Of a stretch of 64,000 nt of DNA, positions 1-8,119 are shown piece after piece. The notes beneath the pieces were generated by a model. That model did no database searches. It was given only the letters and a program-made list of their open reading frames with translations, and was not told where the DNA came from. How positions within the stretch are numbered: position 1 is the stretch's first letter; the number at the start of each line of letters is the position of its first letter. Origin of the DNA: an uncultured SAR86 cluster bacterium (GTDB lineage Bacteria > Pseudomonadota > Gammaproteobacteria > Magnimaribacterales > AG-339-G14); assembly GCA_902553315.1 (NCBI GenBank), contig CACDKN010000004.1, positions 6,668 to 70,667 on the forward strand, written 5' to 3'. Both the position numbers and the translations under genes were made by a program.

Positions 1-1732
1 GCATAGGCGCAGTAAGCCCACCTTTTATTGCTTCTTCCTGAGTAATATTGAATTTCGGTAAAATTTTAAATAACAAATTTCCTTTATGTGTTTGAATGAG
101 AAGCAAATCATCGTCCTTGGTAATTTTAGATCGATATCTAACATTAGATATTTCCACATCAATAAAATCTTCATACCAATCAAACATTCTAATAATTTCG
201 CTTTCTGTGCTAACAAAATTTCCATCTTTTAATGACTTATATTTCACCCTGTATTCTTGATCATCAAGCAATAATTTGACTTCTTGGTAGGGGAGTCTCG
301 CATTATTCCAACCAGATTGAATATTTTGTAAAACCATCGCTTCACTTCTGTTTTTGCCTTGCATCCACATAGCACCTACTTTTGCGAAATTAAAAATTTC
401 TTCTTCTGTTAAATCTACTTCAGAATTTAAATTAACCCTCTCAACAAAATCAGTAGTTGTATCTCCATCCAGGTACTCTTTTGATCTCAAAATAGAGACT
501 AAATAATCTCTATTTGTTTTCATTCCACCGAAGTGACTATTTTCCAAAGCAAGAGCTAGTTTGTTAGCTGCTTCCAACCTAGTTTCTCCAAAAGAAATTA
601 CTTTTGCCAACATAGGATCAAAATTAGCAGTTATATTTGAACCGCTTTCAATTCCAACATCCCAACGAACTAATGGATCATCACTTGGCTCAAAAGCAAT
701 CATTTTACCTGTCACTGGAAGGAAATCATTTCCAGGATCCTCAGCATAAAGTCTTACTTCAATGGACGAGCCATAAAAATCTATATCTATTTGTTCGTAA
801 CCCAACTCTTCTCCAGATGCTATTCTTAATTGTTCTTTAACCAAATCTATTCCAGTGACCTCTTCGGTTACAGGGTGTTCAACTTGTAGTCTTGTATTTA
901 CTTCTAAAAACCAAAATTCTTTAGTTTTTTCATCAACCAAAAACTCTACCGTTCCGGCTGATTCGTATTTAAGTTTCGAAGCTAGCTTTATTGCAGCTTC
1001 TCCCATCTTTTCACGCATTTCTTCATCAACTATAGGGGAAGGTGATTCTTCTACAATTTTTTGATGACGTCTTTGAATGGAACATTCTCTCTCACCAAGA
1101 TGAACAATATTTCCAAATGCATCTCCTAATATTTGTATTTCTATGTGCCTAGATCTTTTAATATATTTTTCTAAAAATACTCTTTTATCACCAAAACCAC
1201 CTTCAGCTTCTCTTTCTGCAGCTTTGATAGACTCTTTCAAGTCCTTTGCCTTTTCGACGATACGCATTCCTTTCCCACCACCTCCGGCAGCAGCTTTCAC
1301 AAGTATTGGATATCCAATGGAATTAGCTTTTTTAGGATCTGAAGTCATTGGTAAAGTAGGGACGTTGGCTTTTATTGCAATTTCTTTTGCAGTTAATTTG
1401 TCTCCCATTTTTTTTATGGCATTTGAAGAAGGACCAACCCATTTAATATTTAATTTTTTAACTTGATTGGCAAAAGCTGCATTTTCAGATAAAAAACCGT
1501 AGCCAGGGTGAATTGCGTCTGAATTTGATTTAAGAGCTATATCTAAAATTTCTTTTGAGTTCAAATAAGAATCAGAAAGTTTAAAAGCTTGATCAGCTTC
1601 TCTAACATATGGTGTGTCTTTATCAGCTTCTGTATAGATTGCAACACAACTTATGCCCATGTCATGCGAACTAGAAATAATCCTACTAGCGATTTCTCCT
1701 CTGTTGGCAATAAGGAGTTTTTTGATGGTCAT
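1..1732 (-). CDS. Biotin-dependent acyl-CoA carboxylase alpha subunit (biotin carboxylase plus start of biotinyl domain); 3' end runs off the window
   Basis: Absent from the ORF track, presumably because it has no stop inside the window. My translation from the ATG (complement of 1730-1732) gives MTIKKLLIANRGEIASRIISSSHDMGISCVAIYTEADKDTPYVREADQA, a canonical biotin carboxylase N-terminus. The same frame at the window edge reads ...EEAIKGGLTAPM, matching the start of a biotinyl domain (APMPG). An ATGA start/stop overlap couples it to the carboxyltransferase gene. Confidence 0.9.
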   Translation of the reverse strand, partial: MTIKKLLIANRGEIASRIISSSHDMGISCVAIYTEADKDTPYVREADQAFKLSDSYLNSKEILDIALKSNSDAIHPGYGFLSENAAFANQVKKLNIKWVGPSSNAIKKMGDKLTAKEIAIKANVPTLPMTSDPKKANSIGYPILVKAAAGGGGKGMRIVEKAKDLKESIKAAEREAEGGFGDKRVFLEKYIKRSRHIEIQILGDAFGNIVHLGERECSIQRRHQKIVEESPSPIVDEEMREKMGEAAIKLASKLKYESAGTVEFLVDEKTKEFWFLEVNTRLQVEHPVTEEVTGIDLVKEQLRIASGEELGYEQIDIDFYGSSIEVRLYAEDPGNDFLPVTGKMIAFEPSDDPLVRWDVGIESGSNITANFDPMLAKVISFGETRLEAANKLALALENSHFGGMKTNRDYLVSILRSKEYLDGDTTTDFVERVNLNSEVDLTEEEIFNFAKVGAMWMQGKNRSEAMVLQNIQSGWNNARLPYQEVKLLLDDQEYRVKYKSLKDGNFVSTESEIIRMFDWYEDFIDVEISNVRYRSKITKDDDLLLIQTHKGNLLFKILPKFNITQEEAIKGGLTAPM

Positions 1733-3360
1733 AATCTAAATACTCCAAAACCCTCTGAGCCTTTTACTTCTTTATTATTTACTATCGAAAGACACATTCC
1801 TAAAATATTTCTGGTGTCTCTAGGATCGATTATCCCGTCGTCGCTCAAAACACTTGTCGCTTTTAGGGCAACCGATGCCTTGTCATGTCCAATCTGCTGA
1901 TTTTTTACAATCTCAGCATCAGCTTTCTCATCAAATTTAATTCCTTTTCTCGCTGCTTGTCCTCTTCTAACTATAGACATTACTCCTGCAATTACTTCTC
2001 CGCCCATGACAGCAATTTTTGCAGTAGGCCATAAAAATGTAAAAGAATTACCAAATTCTCTTCCTGACATAGCATAGGTGCCGGCTCCATAGGAATTTCC
2101 AATAATGACAGTTAAATGCGGTACATTAGAATTTGAAACAGCATTAAGCATTTGGGCTCCTTTTTTAATTGATCCATCTTGCTCATAGTCTTTTCCAACC
2201 ATGAATCCTGTTATGTTTTGCAAAAACACAAGTGGTATATTTCTTTTGTTACACAACTGAATAAAGTGTGCTGCTTTTTGAGAAGCATCTGGAAATAACA
2301 TTCCATTATTTCCTAAAATTCCGACTGGATAACCATGAATTGAAATGAACCCACAAATCAATGTTGGGCCAAAAAGGGGTTTAAACTCTTCAAATTGAGA
2401 GCCATCAGCTATTCGACCTACTATTTCTCTTATATCAAATGGAGTTTTTAAACTAGGCTCCACTATTCCAAGTAAATCTTCTTGGTCATAAAGCGGGGGT
2501 TTTATAGAAAATCTCGGCTCATCACCTTCTTTAACCCAATTTAAATGAGACATTACTTCTCTAGCAATTCGAATCCCATCCAAATCATCATCAGCCAAAT
2601 ATTCAGCTAGTCCAGATTTTTCAGCATGCATTTTTGCTCCACCAATTTCTTCTCTGCTTGATATCTCACCAGTGGCCATTTGAACTAAAGGTGGTCCAGC
2701 TAAAGCGACATCTGCTTGATCCTTAACAAAAATATTATAGTCAGACATGCCTGGTTGATAAGCTCCTCCAGCTGTAGCAGTTCCAAACGTTACCGTTACT
2801 GTAGGAATATTTAATTTTGAAAGCTCAGTTATTTCATAAAATTGTCTTCCAGATTCAGCGAAGTGTCCCATAGCTCCTGCAGACATTGCTCCTCTTGGTC
2901 TTAAATCTCCCCCAGCGGATTCAACAAACTGGATAAATGGAATTCTGCAGTCTCTAGCAATGGCCATAGACCTCATCCATTTCTTTACAGAATAGTAATG
3001 CATTGCTCCTGCTAGAACAGTTGGATCATTTGCAAAAATAATACATTCAATTCCCGAACAAACACCCATGCCAGCTACTGCTCCACCACCAACTGGATAA
3101 TCAGATTTGTATCCTGCAAGACCGCTTATTTCTAAAAAGGGACTATCAGGATCTAAAAAATTAAAGATTCTTTCTCTGACTGGAAGTTTGCCTCTGGCAG
3201 CTAATCTTTTCTGGTGATCTGGTCCTCCTCCGGCTTCGGCTTCATCTAAAAGAGTATCAATTTCCTCCAACATTCCGAGCATAGACTCTTTGTTTTTTTT
3301 GAATTCTTCGGATGTAGTTTGTAATTTAGATTTGTATATTTGAGATTCTAATTTATGCAT
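1729..3360 (-). CDS. Acyl-CoA carboxylase carboxyltransferase (beta) subunit, methylcrotonyl-/geranyl-CoA carboxylase-like
   Basis: 543 aa. N-terminal RGKLPVRERIFNFLDPDSPFLEISGLAGY and two crotonase-like carboxyltransferase halves (GGAYQPGMSD, SYGAGTYAMSGR) are typical of MccB/PccB-type subunits. It is translationally coupled to the biotin carboxylase gene. Confidence 0.88.
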   Translation of the reverse strand: MHKLESQIYKSKLQTTSEEFKKNKESMLGMLEEIDTLLDEAEAGGGPDHQKRLAARGKLPVRERIFNFLDPDSPFLEISGLAGYKSDYPVGGGAVAGMGVCSGIECIIFANDPTVLAGAMHYYSVKKWMRSMAIARDCRIPFIQFVESAGGDLRPRGAMSAGAMGHFAESGRQFYEITELSKLNIPTVTVTFGTATAGGAYQPGMSDYNIFVKDQADVALAGPPLVQMATGEISSREEIGGAKMHAEKSGLAEYLADDDLDGIRIAREVMSHLNWVKEGDEPRFSIKPPLYDQEDLLGIVEPSLKTPFDIREIVGRIADGSQFEEFKPLFGPTLICGFISIHGYPVGILGNNGMLFPDASQKAAHFIQLCNKRNIPLVFLQNITGFMVGKDYEQDGSIKKGAQMLNAVSNSNVPHLTVIIGNSYGAGTYAMSGREFGNSFTFLWPTAKIAVMGGEVIAGVMSIVRRGQAARKGIKFDEKADAEIVKNQQIGHDKASVALKATSVLSDDGIIDPRDTRNILGMCLSIVNNKEVKGSEGFGVFRL

Positions 3361-3453
3361 TCTTCTCCTTAAACGGATAAAAAATATGCCTGATTTTTAT
3401 AGATATGTCTATTTTGATTTTACTCTGTCTATGTATAATGCTTAATTTTAAAA

Positions 3454-3529
3454 GGGCGATTAACTCAATTGGTAGAGTGCCACCCTTACAAGGTGGAAGT
3501 TACAGGTTCAAGTCCTGTATCGCCCACCA
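3454..3529 (+). tRNA. tRNA-Val (anticodon TAC)
   Basis: Hand-folded cloverleaf: GGGCGAT/ATCGCCC acceptor, CCACC-CTTACAA-GGTGG anticodon arm, ACAGG-TTCAAGT-CCTGT T arm, encoded CCA. CTATGTATAAT -10 element at 3429-3439. Confidence 0.93.
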
Positions 3530-3594
3530 TAAAATTTTCTTTTAATTTTCCTATACTTCAAATATTCATCACAATTAAATGTTAGATTTCTTAA

Positions 3595-5190
3595 ATGAAT
3601 AAATATAGGAGACATTTTCTTAAAATTTTGTTGTTATTTTCTTTTGCGCTTCCTTTTAGAATTTATCCTCAAGTAATTAATGCTAATAAAGTTAAATTTA
3701 AATACGGAGTCGCAAGCGGAGATCCTACCAATACTCATGTAATTCTTTGGACAAAATTAAATCTGGATATAAAGACAAAAGTAAACGTTGCGTGGGAAAT
3801 TTCTAATGAAAGAAGTTTTCAGAACTTAATATCTTTTGGGAATATTGTTACTGACTACAAAAGTGATTATACAGTGAAGGTCGATGCAAAAATTCCCACC
3901 AAATTTAATGGTAGGAAAGTCTACTACAGATTTAAAGTAGGAAGCTCAATTTCTGATGTTGGGATAACTTCAACTTTGCCAAAAGAAAACCCGGAAAAAT
4001 TTAACATTGCTTTTTGCAGCTGTTCAAATTATCCAGCGGGTTATTTTAATGCTTACCGAGAAATGGCACGAAATGAAAATATAGATTTAGTTCTTCACCT
4101 TGGTGATTACCTATACGAATACGCGTGGGATGGATACGCATCAGAAAGTGCGATCCAAATGGACAGAGTTGTAGATCCTAATCATGAAATATTGTCTCTT
4201 GACGATTATCGAAGGCGTCATGCCACGTATAGAAAAGATCTAGACCTTAAACTACTTCACGCAAGTAAACCAATGATTGTGGTATGGGATGATCATGAAA
4301 TTACTAATGATACTTGGGAGGGAGGGGCACAAAACCATTCCTCAGATGAAGGGTCTTTCAAAAAAAGAAAAGATTTTGCAACTCAAGCGTATTTTGAATG
4401 GATGCCAATTAGAGAGAATAAGAATAAAAAACAAATCTGGAGAAATTTTACGGTAGGAAATTTAATTAATTTATTAATGCTTGATACAAGACTTTACAAC
4501 AGAGATAAACAACTCGATATTGAAAAATATTTTGAAATCGATAATTTTAAAGAAAAAAAATATATGAATGACCTCAAAAAACCAAGAAATTTATTGGGTA
4601 AAACACAATTAAAATGGGTTAAATCCAAAACCAATAATAAATACAAATGGTCTATATTTGGGCAGCAGATTTTAATTGGTCCAAAATATCTTCCTGCAAT
4701 TTTAAAATTTGTTGAACTCGAAACTTTACCTTCGTATGTGCATAAGTATGTAATGCTTGCAGGAAAAAAAATCCCTTACAATACCGATCAGTGGGATGGG
4801 TATCCTAAAGAAAGAGAAGAGTTCTTTGAAATCATAAAAAATTCTCAGTCAAATCTGATTTTGGCTGGCGATTCACATAATTCTTGGATTTCTAATTTAA
4901 GAGATAACAACGATAAGTTTGTTGGAGTGGAGATAGGAGCGCCTTCTATTTCTTCACCAAATTTTGTTGATACTTTTGGTGAAATGACCACTGAAATAGA
5001 CAAAGCTTTTGTTGAATCTAATGAAGACTTAGTTTGGACGAATGGAATAAACAAGGGGTATGTTGAATTAGAAGTCTCCTTTAATTTTGTTGATGTTCAT
5101 TTTCATTATGTTTCAACAGTTAAATCTCAAAAGTATGAGAAACTTCAAACCAAGTCATTTAGGGTAAATCACGCCCAACCCTTGGCCTAA
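3595..5190 (+). CDS. phoD: PhoD-family alkaline phosphatase / phosphodiesterase with Tat-type signal peptide
   Basis: 531 aa. N-terminal YRRHFLK matches the twin-arginine RRxFLK motif. PhoD metallophosphatase motifs are present: GVASGDP, FCSCSNY, LHLGDYLYEY, VVWDDHE. Confidence 0.88.
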   Translation: MNKYRRHFLKILLLFSFALPFRIYPQVINANKVKFKYGVASGDPTNTHVILWTKLNLDIKTKVNVAWEISNERSFQNLISFGNIVTDYKSDYTVKVDAKIPTKFNGRKVYYRFKVGSSISDVGITSTLPKENPEKFNIAFCSCSNYPAGYFNAYREMARNENIDLVLHLGDYLYEYAWDGYASESAIQMDRVVDPNHEILSLDDYRRRHATYRKDLDLKLLHASKPMIVVWDDHEITNDTWEGGAQNHSSDEGSFKKRKDFATQAYFEWMPIRENKNKKQIWRNFTVGNLINLLMLDTRLYNRDKQLDIEKYFEIDNFKEKKYMNDLKKPRNLLGKTQLKWVKSKTNNKYKWSIFGQQILIGPKYLPAILKFVELETLPSYVHKYVMLAGKKIPYNTDQWDGYPKEREEFFEIIKNSQSNLILAGDSHNSWISNLRDNNDKFVGVEIGAPSISSPNFVDTFGEMTTEIDKAFVESNEDLVWTNGINKGYVELEVSFNFVDVHFHYVSTVKSQKYEKLQTKSFRVNHAQPLA

Positions 5191-5263
5191 ACTATAATCT
5201 TAGTAGATTTATAATTGGAAGTTACTTTTAATTCATACTATGTATAATTGATTTTCTTTTAAA

Positions 5264-5342
5264 GGACCGGTAGTTCAGTTCTGGTTAGAACGCCGCCCTG
5301 TCACGGCGGAGGTCGCGGGTTCGAGCCCCGTCCGGTCCGCCA
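5264..5342 (+). tRNA. tRNA-Asp (anticodon GTC)
   Basis: Close to E. coli tRNA-Asp: GGACCGG/CCGGTCC acceptor, CCGCC-CTGTCAC-GGCGG anticodon arm, GCGGG-TTCGAGC-CCCGT T arm, CCA encoded. The D loop is 2 nt longer than in E. coli. CTATGTATAAT -10 at 5238-5248. Confidence 0.92.
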
Positions 5343-5411
5343 TAATTTCAAAAATTTTAAATTTATCTAAAATCAGCTCTTTAAATATATATATAATTGC
5401 TGATAAATTTT

Positions 5412-5738
5412 ATGAAAATAACAGTTCTAAAATCAAAAATTCACAGGGCAACCGTTACCGATACTCAATTGGAATATGATGGCTCTTGCGCTATAGATTC
5501 TAATTATCTAAAAGAGGCAAACATTAGTCCTTTTGAACAAATTCATATCTATAATATAACGAATGGCGAACGTTTAATAACTTACGCCATAGAAGCTGAG
5601 GCTGGTTCAAAAATTATTTCAATGATGGGAGCCGCGGCACATAAAGCTTCCAGAGGTGATTCGATAATTATCGTTGCTTACGGGAGCATTGAAGAAACTG
5701 AAGCTAAATCGTTCGAACCTAAAATTGTGAGACTTTAA
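5412..5738 (+). CDS. panD: Aspartate 1-decarboxylase (pyruvoyl-dependent)
   Basis: MKITVLKSKIHRATVTDTQLEYDGSCAID... aligns with E. coli PanD ([21 protein letters not shown]), including the G-S self-cleavage site. I prefer the ATG at 5412 over the track's TTG at 5397. Confidence 0.92.
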   Translation: MKITVLKSKIHRATVTDTQLEYDGSCAIDSNYLKEANISPFEQIHIYNITNGERLITYAIEAEAGSKIISMMGAAAHKASRGDSIIIVAYGSIEETEAKSFEPKIVRL

Positions 5739-5740
5739 TT

Positions 5741-7036
5741 ATGACTATTTTAAAAGATGAAGTGCAGCTTCCTTGCGGTGCAAAAATAAAAAATCGTATA
5801 TGCAAGGCAGCTATGACCGAGAGAATTGCTTTTGGAGATAATTTTACTAATCAAAGGCATTTAAATCTCTATAAAACTTGGGCAGAAGGAGATATCGGGA
5901 TTTTATTAACGGGAAATGTTCAAGTGGATAGAAATCATTTAGAAGGTCCTGCAAATGTTTGTATCGAAGAAACTTCCTATAAAGACCAATTACCTATGTT
6001 AAAAAAATGGACAGATGAAGGAACAAAAAATGATACACATTTATGGATGCAAATTGCTCATGCTGGTAGACAAACTCCGGGGGAAATTAATCAGTCTCCG
6101 AAAGCACCTTCCTCGGTACAGCTAAAAATTCCTGGAAGAAATTATGGTGTTCCGTCTGAACTTACTTCAGACGAGATAATTGAAATAATTAAAAAATTTA
6201 CATTTGTCGCAAAAATCGCAAGAGAAACTGGATTTACAGGTATTCAAATCCATTCTGCACATGGTTATTTACTCTCTGAATTTCTTTCTCCGGATATAAA
6301 CCTAAGAGAAGATGAGTGGGGGGAATCAGTCGAAAATCGTTCAAGAGTTCATGTGGAAATTATAAAGAGTATAAGGTCTGAAGTTGGAGATGATTTTCCA
6401 ATATCGATTAAAATGAATTCTGCAGACTTTCAAAAAGGGGGTTTCTCGCCAGAAGATTCAATAGAGGTAGCAAAGATAATTGAATCCGCAGGATTGGATA
6501 ATATAGAAATTTCTGGTGGAACATACGAACAACCAAGATTATTAGGTTTAGATAATGTAAGTATTAATCCCGATAGAAGTGAGTTTAGAAAAGAGAGCAC
6601 GATAGCCAGAGAAGCCTATTTTTTAGATTATGCCGAAAAAATTAGAGAGAACACATCTATTCCTTTGATGGTTACCGGAGGGTTTAGAACTAAAGAAGGA
6701 ATGGAGAGCGCCATTAATAGTGGAGCTTGTGAAATAATTGGAATAGGAAGACCTTTATGTGCAAATCCTTTGGCAATTAAAGAATTATTTGAAGGAAAAA
6801 TCGATAAATTACCCAATTATGAAAAAACGCTTTCTTTAGGTCCTTGGGTTCTTTCTCCTTCAAGTCCGTTTAGACTTATTCAGGCACTTAATGCTTTTGG
6901 AGCACAAGCGTGGTTTTACCAACAAATTAAAAGAATGGGTGATGATAAATTACCTGATTTATCTTTGGGGCTGTTCTCTGCTTTTAGAAAGGATACAAAC
7001 GAAGATAAAAAAGCTTTCAAAGAATTTAATAATTAA
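5741..7036 (+). CDS. Old-Yellow-Enzyme family NADH:flavin oxidoreductase
   Basis: 431 aa. OYE/2,4-dienoyl-CoA-reductase-like TIM barrel motifs are present: QIAHAGRQ, IQIHSAHGYLLSEFLSP, GIGRP. Starts 2 nt after the panD stop. Confidence 0.85.
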   Translation: MTILKDEVQLPCGAKIKNRICKAAMTERIAFGDNFTNQRHLNLYKTWAEGDIGILLTGNVQVDRNHLEGPANVCIEETSYKDQLPMLKKWTDEGTKNDTHLWMQIAHAGRQTPGEINQSPKAPSSVQLKIPGRNYGVPSELTSDEIIEIIKKFTFVAKIARETGFTGIQIHSAHGYLLSEFLSPDINLREDEWGESVENRSRVHVEIIKSIRSEVGDDFPISIKMNSADFQKGGFSPEDSIEVAKIIESAGLDNIEISGGTYEQPRLLGLDNVSINPDRSEFRKESTIAREAYFLDYAEKIRENTSIPLMVTGGFRTKEGMESAINSGACEIIGIGRPLCANPLAIKELFEGKIDKLPNYEKTLSLGPWVLSPSSPFRLIQALNAFGAQAWFYQQIKRMGDDKLPDLSLGLFSAFRKDTNEDKKAFKEFNN

Positions 7037-7050
7037 ATAAGGAGAAATTA

Positions 7051-7851
7051 ATGAAAATTGATCAATTGTTTGATGTGAAAGGAAAAGTAGCTTTGGTTAC
7101 AGGCGGTTCTAGAGGGATTGGGGAGATGATTGCGGCAGCTTTTTTAGCTAATGGAGTAAAAGTATATATCTCGGCAAGAAAGGCAGATCCTTGCGATCAA
7201 AAAGCAATGGAATTATCTGAAATGTATGGATCGGAATGTATCTCTATCCCAGCTGATGTTGGATCAATGGATGGTATTGTTAAATTAACTGAAGAAATCA
7301 AAGCTAGAGAAGATAGATTAGATTTTCTTATCAATAATGCTGGCGCTGCTTGGGGTGAGAGTATCGACGATTTTTCTGAATCGGGTTGGGACAAAGTCAT
7401 GGACTTAAATGTCAAGGGAATGTTTTTTACTACTCAAAAACTTTTGCCTCTGCTAAGAAAATCTGGAACACAAGAATTACCTGCAAAAGTTATAAATATT
7501 GGTTCAATCGACGGAATCAATACACCGGCTTTTGAAAATTACGTTTATAGTGCTTCTAAAGCAGCAGTTCACCAGCTCACCCGACATTTAGCTTCAAAAT
7601 TGGTAAAAGAAAATATTCTTGTAAACGCTATTGCTCCAGGACCATTTCCTAGCAGGATGCTCGGTTCGGCGGTGGCCCATGATTTCACTCCTTTAGAAGA
7701 GAGAAGTCCAGTTAAACGCATTGGAACCAAGGAAGATATTGGGGGACTTGCAATATACTTATGTTCCAGAGCTGGTAATTTCACAATAGGTGAAACCATT
7801 ACATGCGACGGTGGGCTTACAGCTTGCTCAGGTCATAATCTTTCCGTATAA
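7051..7851 (+). CDS. Short-chain dehydrogenase/reductase (SDR)
   Basis: 266 aa with TGGSRGIG Rossmann motif, NNAG, and the YSASK catalytic Tyr/Lys. Confidence 0.88.
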   Translation: MKIDQLFDVKGKVALVTGGSRGIGEMIAAAFLANGVKVYISARKADPCDQKAMELSEMYGSECISIPADVGSMDGIVKLTEEIKAREDRLDFLINNAGAAWGESIDDFSESGWDKVMDLNVKGMFFTTQKLLPLLRKSGTQELPAKVINIGSIDGINTPAFENYVYSASKAAVHQLTRHLASKLVKENILVNAIAPGPFPSRMLGSAVAHDFTPLEERSPVKRIGTKEDIGGLAIYLCSRAGNFTIGETITCDGGLTACSGHNLSV

Positions 7852-7882
7852 AAAAACCCTGCCTCCGAAGAAACAGGGTTTC
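7850..7882. terminator. Bidirectional intrinsic terminator, much stronger on the minus strand
   Basis: Minus-strand reading: CCCUGUUUC-UUCG-GAGGCAGGG, a 9-bp stem (two G-U pairs) with a cUUCGg tetraloop, followed by 7 U (complement of 7850-7856). Plus-strand reading has the same stem followed only by UUUCAAG. Confidence 0.8.
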
Positions 7883-8060
7883 AAGATAAAGTATCTCAAC
7901 TTAAATCTTTCTAGAAGCGGCCGAAGCGTCTTCCAGTCGGAATAGGGATAACCCTAGTCAGGCGGTCCTCCCTGATATTCCTGTTAAATTGTTCGTATTA
8001 ATTTTGGATCACCTCCTGTCAGGGATTGTTGGAATTAGCAAAAATAGAGACCCTGTTTTA
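7851..8060 (-). ncRNA. Candidate structured small RNA or structured 3'UTR of the DASS symporter mRNA (family unknown; boundaries approximate)
   Basis: A locally GC-rich patch in an AT-rich genome. Minus-strand hairpins are UCAGG/CCUGA (7958-7975), UAGGG-UUAU-CCCUA (7943-7956) and GAAG-AC-GC-UUCG-GC-CG-CUUC (7914-7933). GGAAUA/UAUUCC (7976-7981 with 7939-7944) closes a three-way junction. AGGAGGUGAUCC lies at 8006-8017, a possible -10 TAGAAT at 8062-8067, and the terminator at 7850-7878. Confidence 0.35.
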
Positions 8061-8119
8061 AATTCTATAATTTGCGACTTATTGATAAATTTTACTACTT
8101 TTTAAATTGCTTTCAATCT

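Noticed and set aside
561-1900. Plus-strand track ORFs of 62-107 aa (561..749, 637..840, 855..1064, 1143..1466, 1589..1900).
   Set aside because: They lie antisense to the clearly recognisable biotin carboxylase gene (minus strand, 1..1732) and the carboxyltransferase gene. Their low-complexity Ser/Phe/Ile-rich translations are typical of antisense frames.
8004-8017. The 14-nt identity to the 16S rRNA 3' end as a remnant of an rRNA operon.
   Set aside because: The identity stops abruptly on both sides, with no ...GTAACCGTAGGGGAACCTGCGG... upstream. No other rRNA-like sequence is nearby, and the motif is more plausibly functional as an SD on the opposite strand.
7900-8020. The GC-rich block as SRP (4.5S) RNA, 6S RNA, or a riboswitch.
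   Set aside because: There is no domain-IV SRP signature (GGAA tetraloop flanked by AGG/AGCA) on either strand. The predicted multi-hairpin fold is unlike the long bulged 6S duplex. And no gene lies downstream on either strand for a riboswitch to control, because the flanking genes are convergent.
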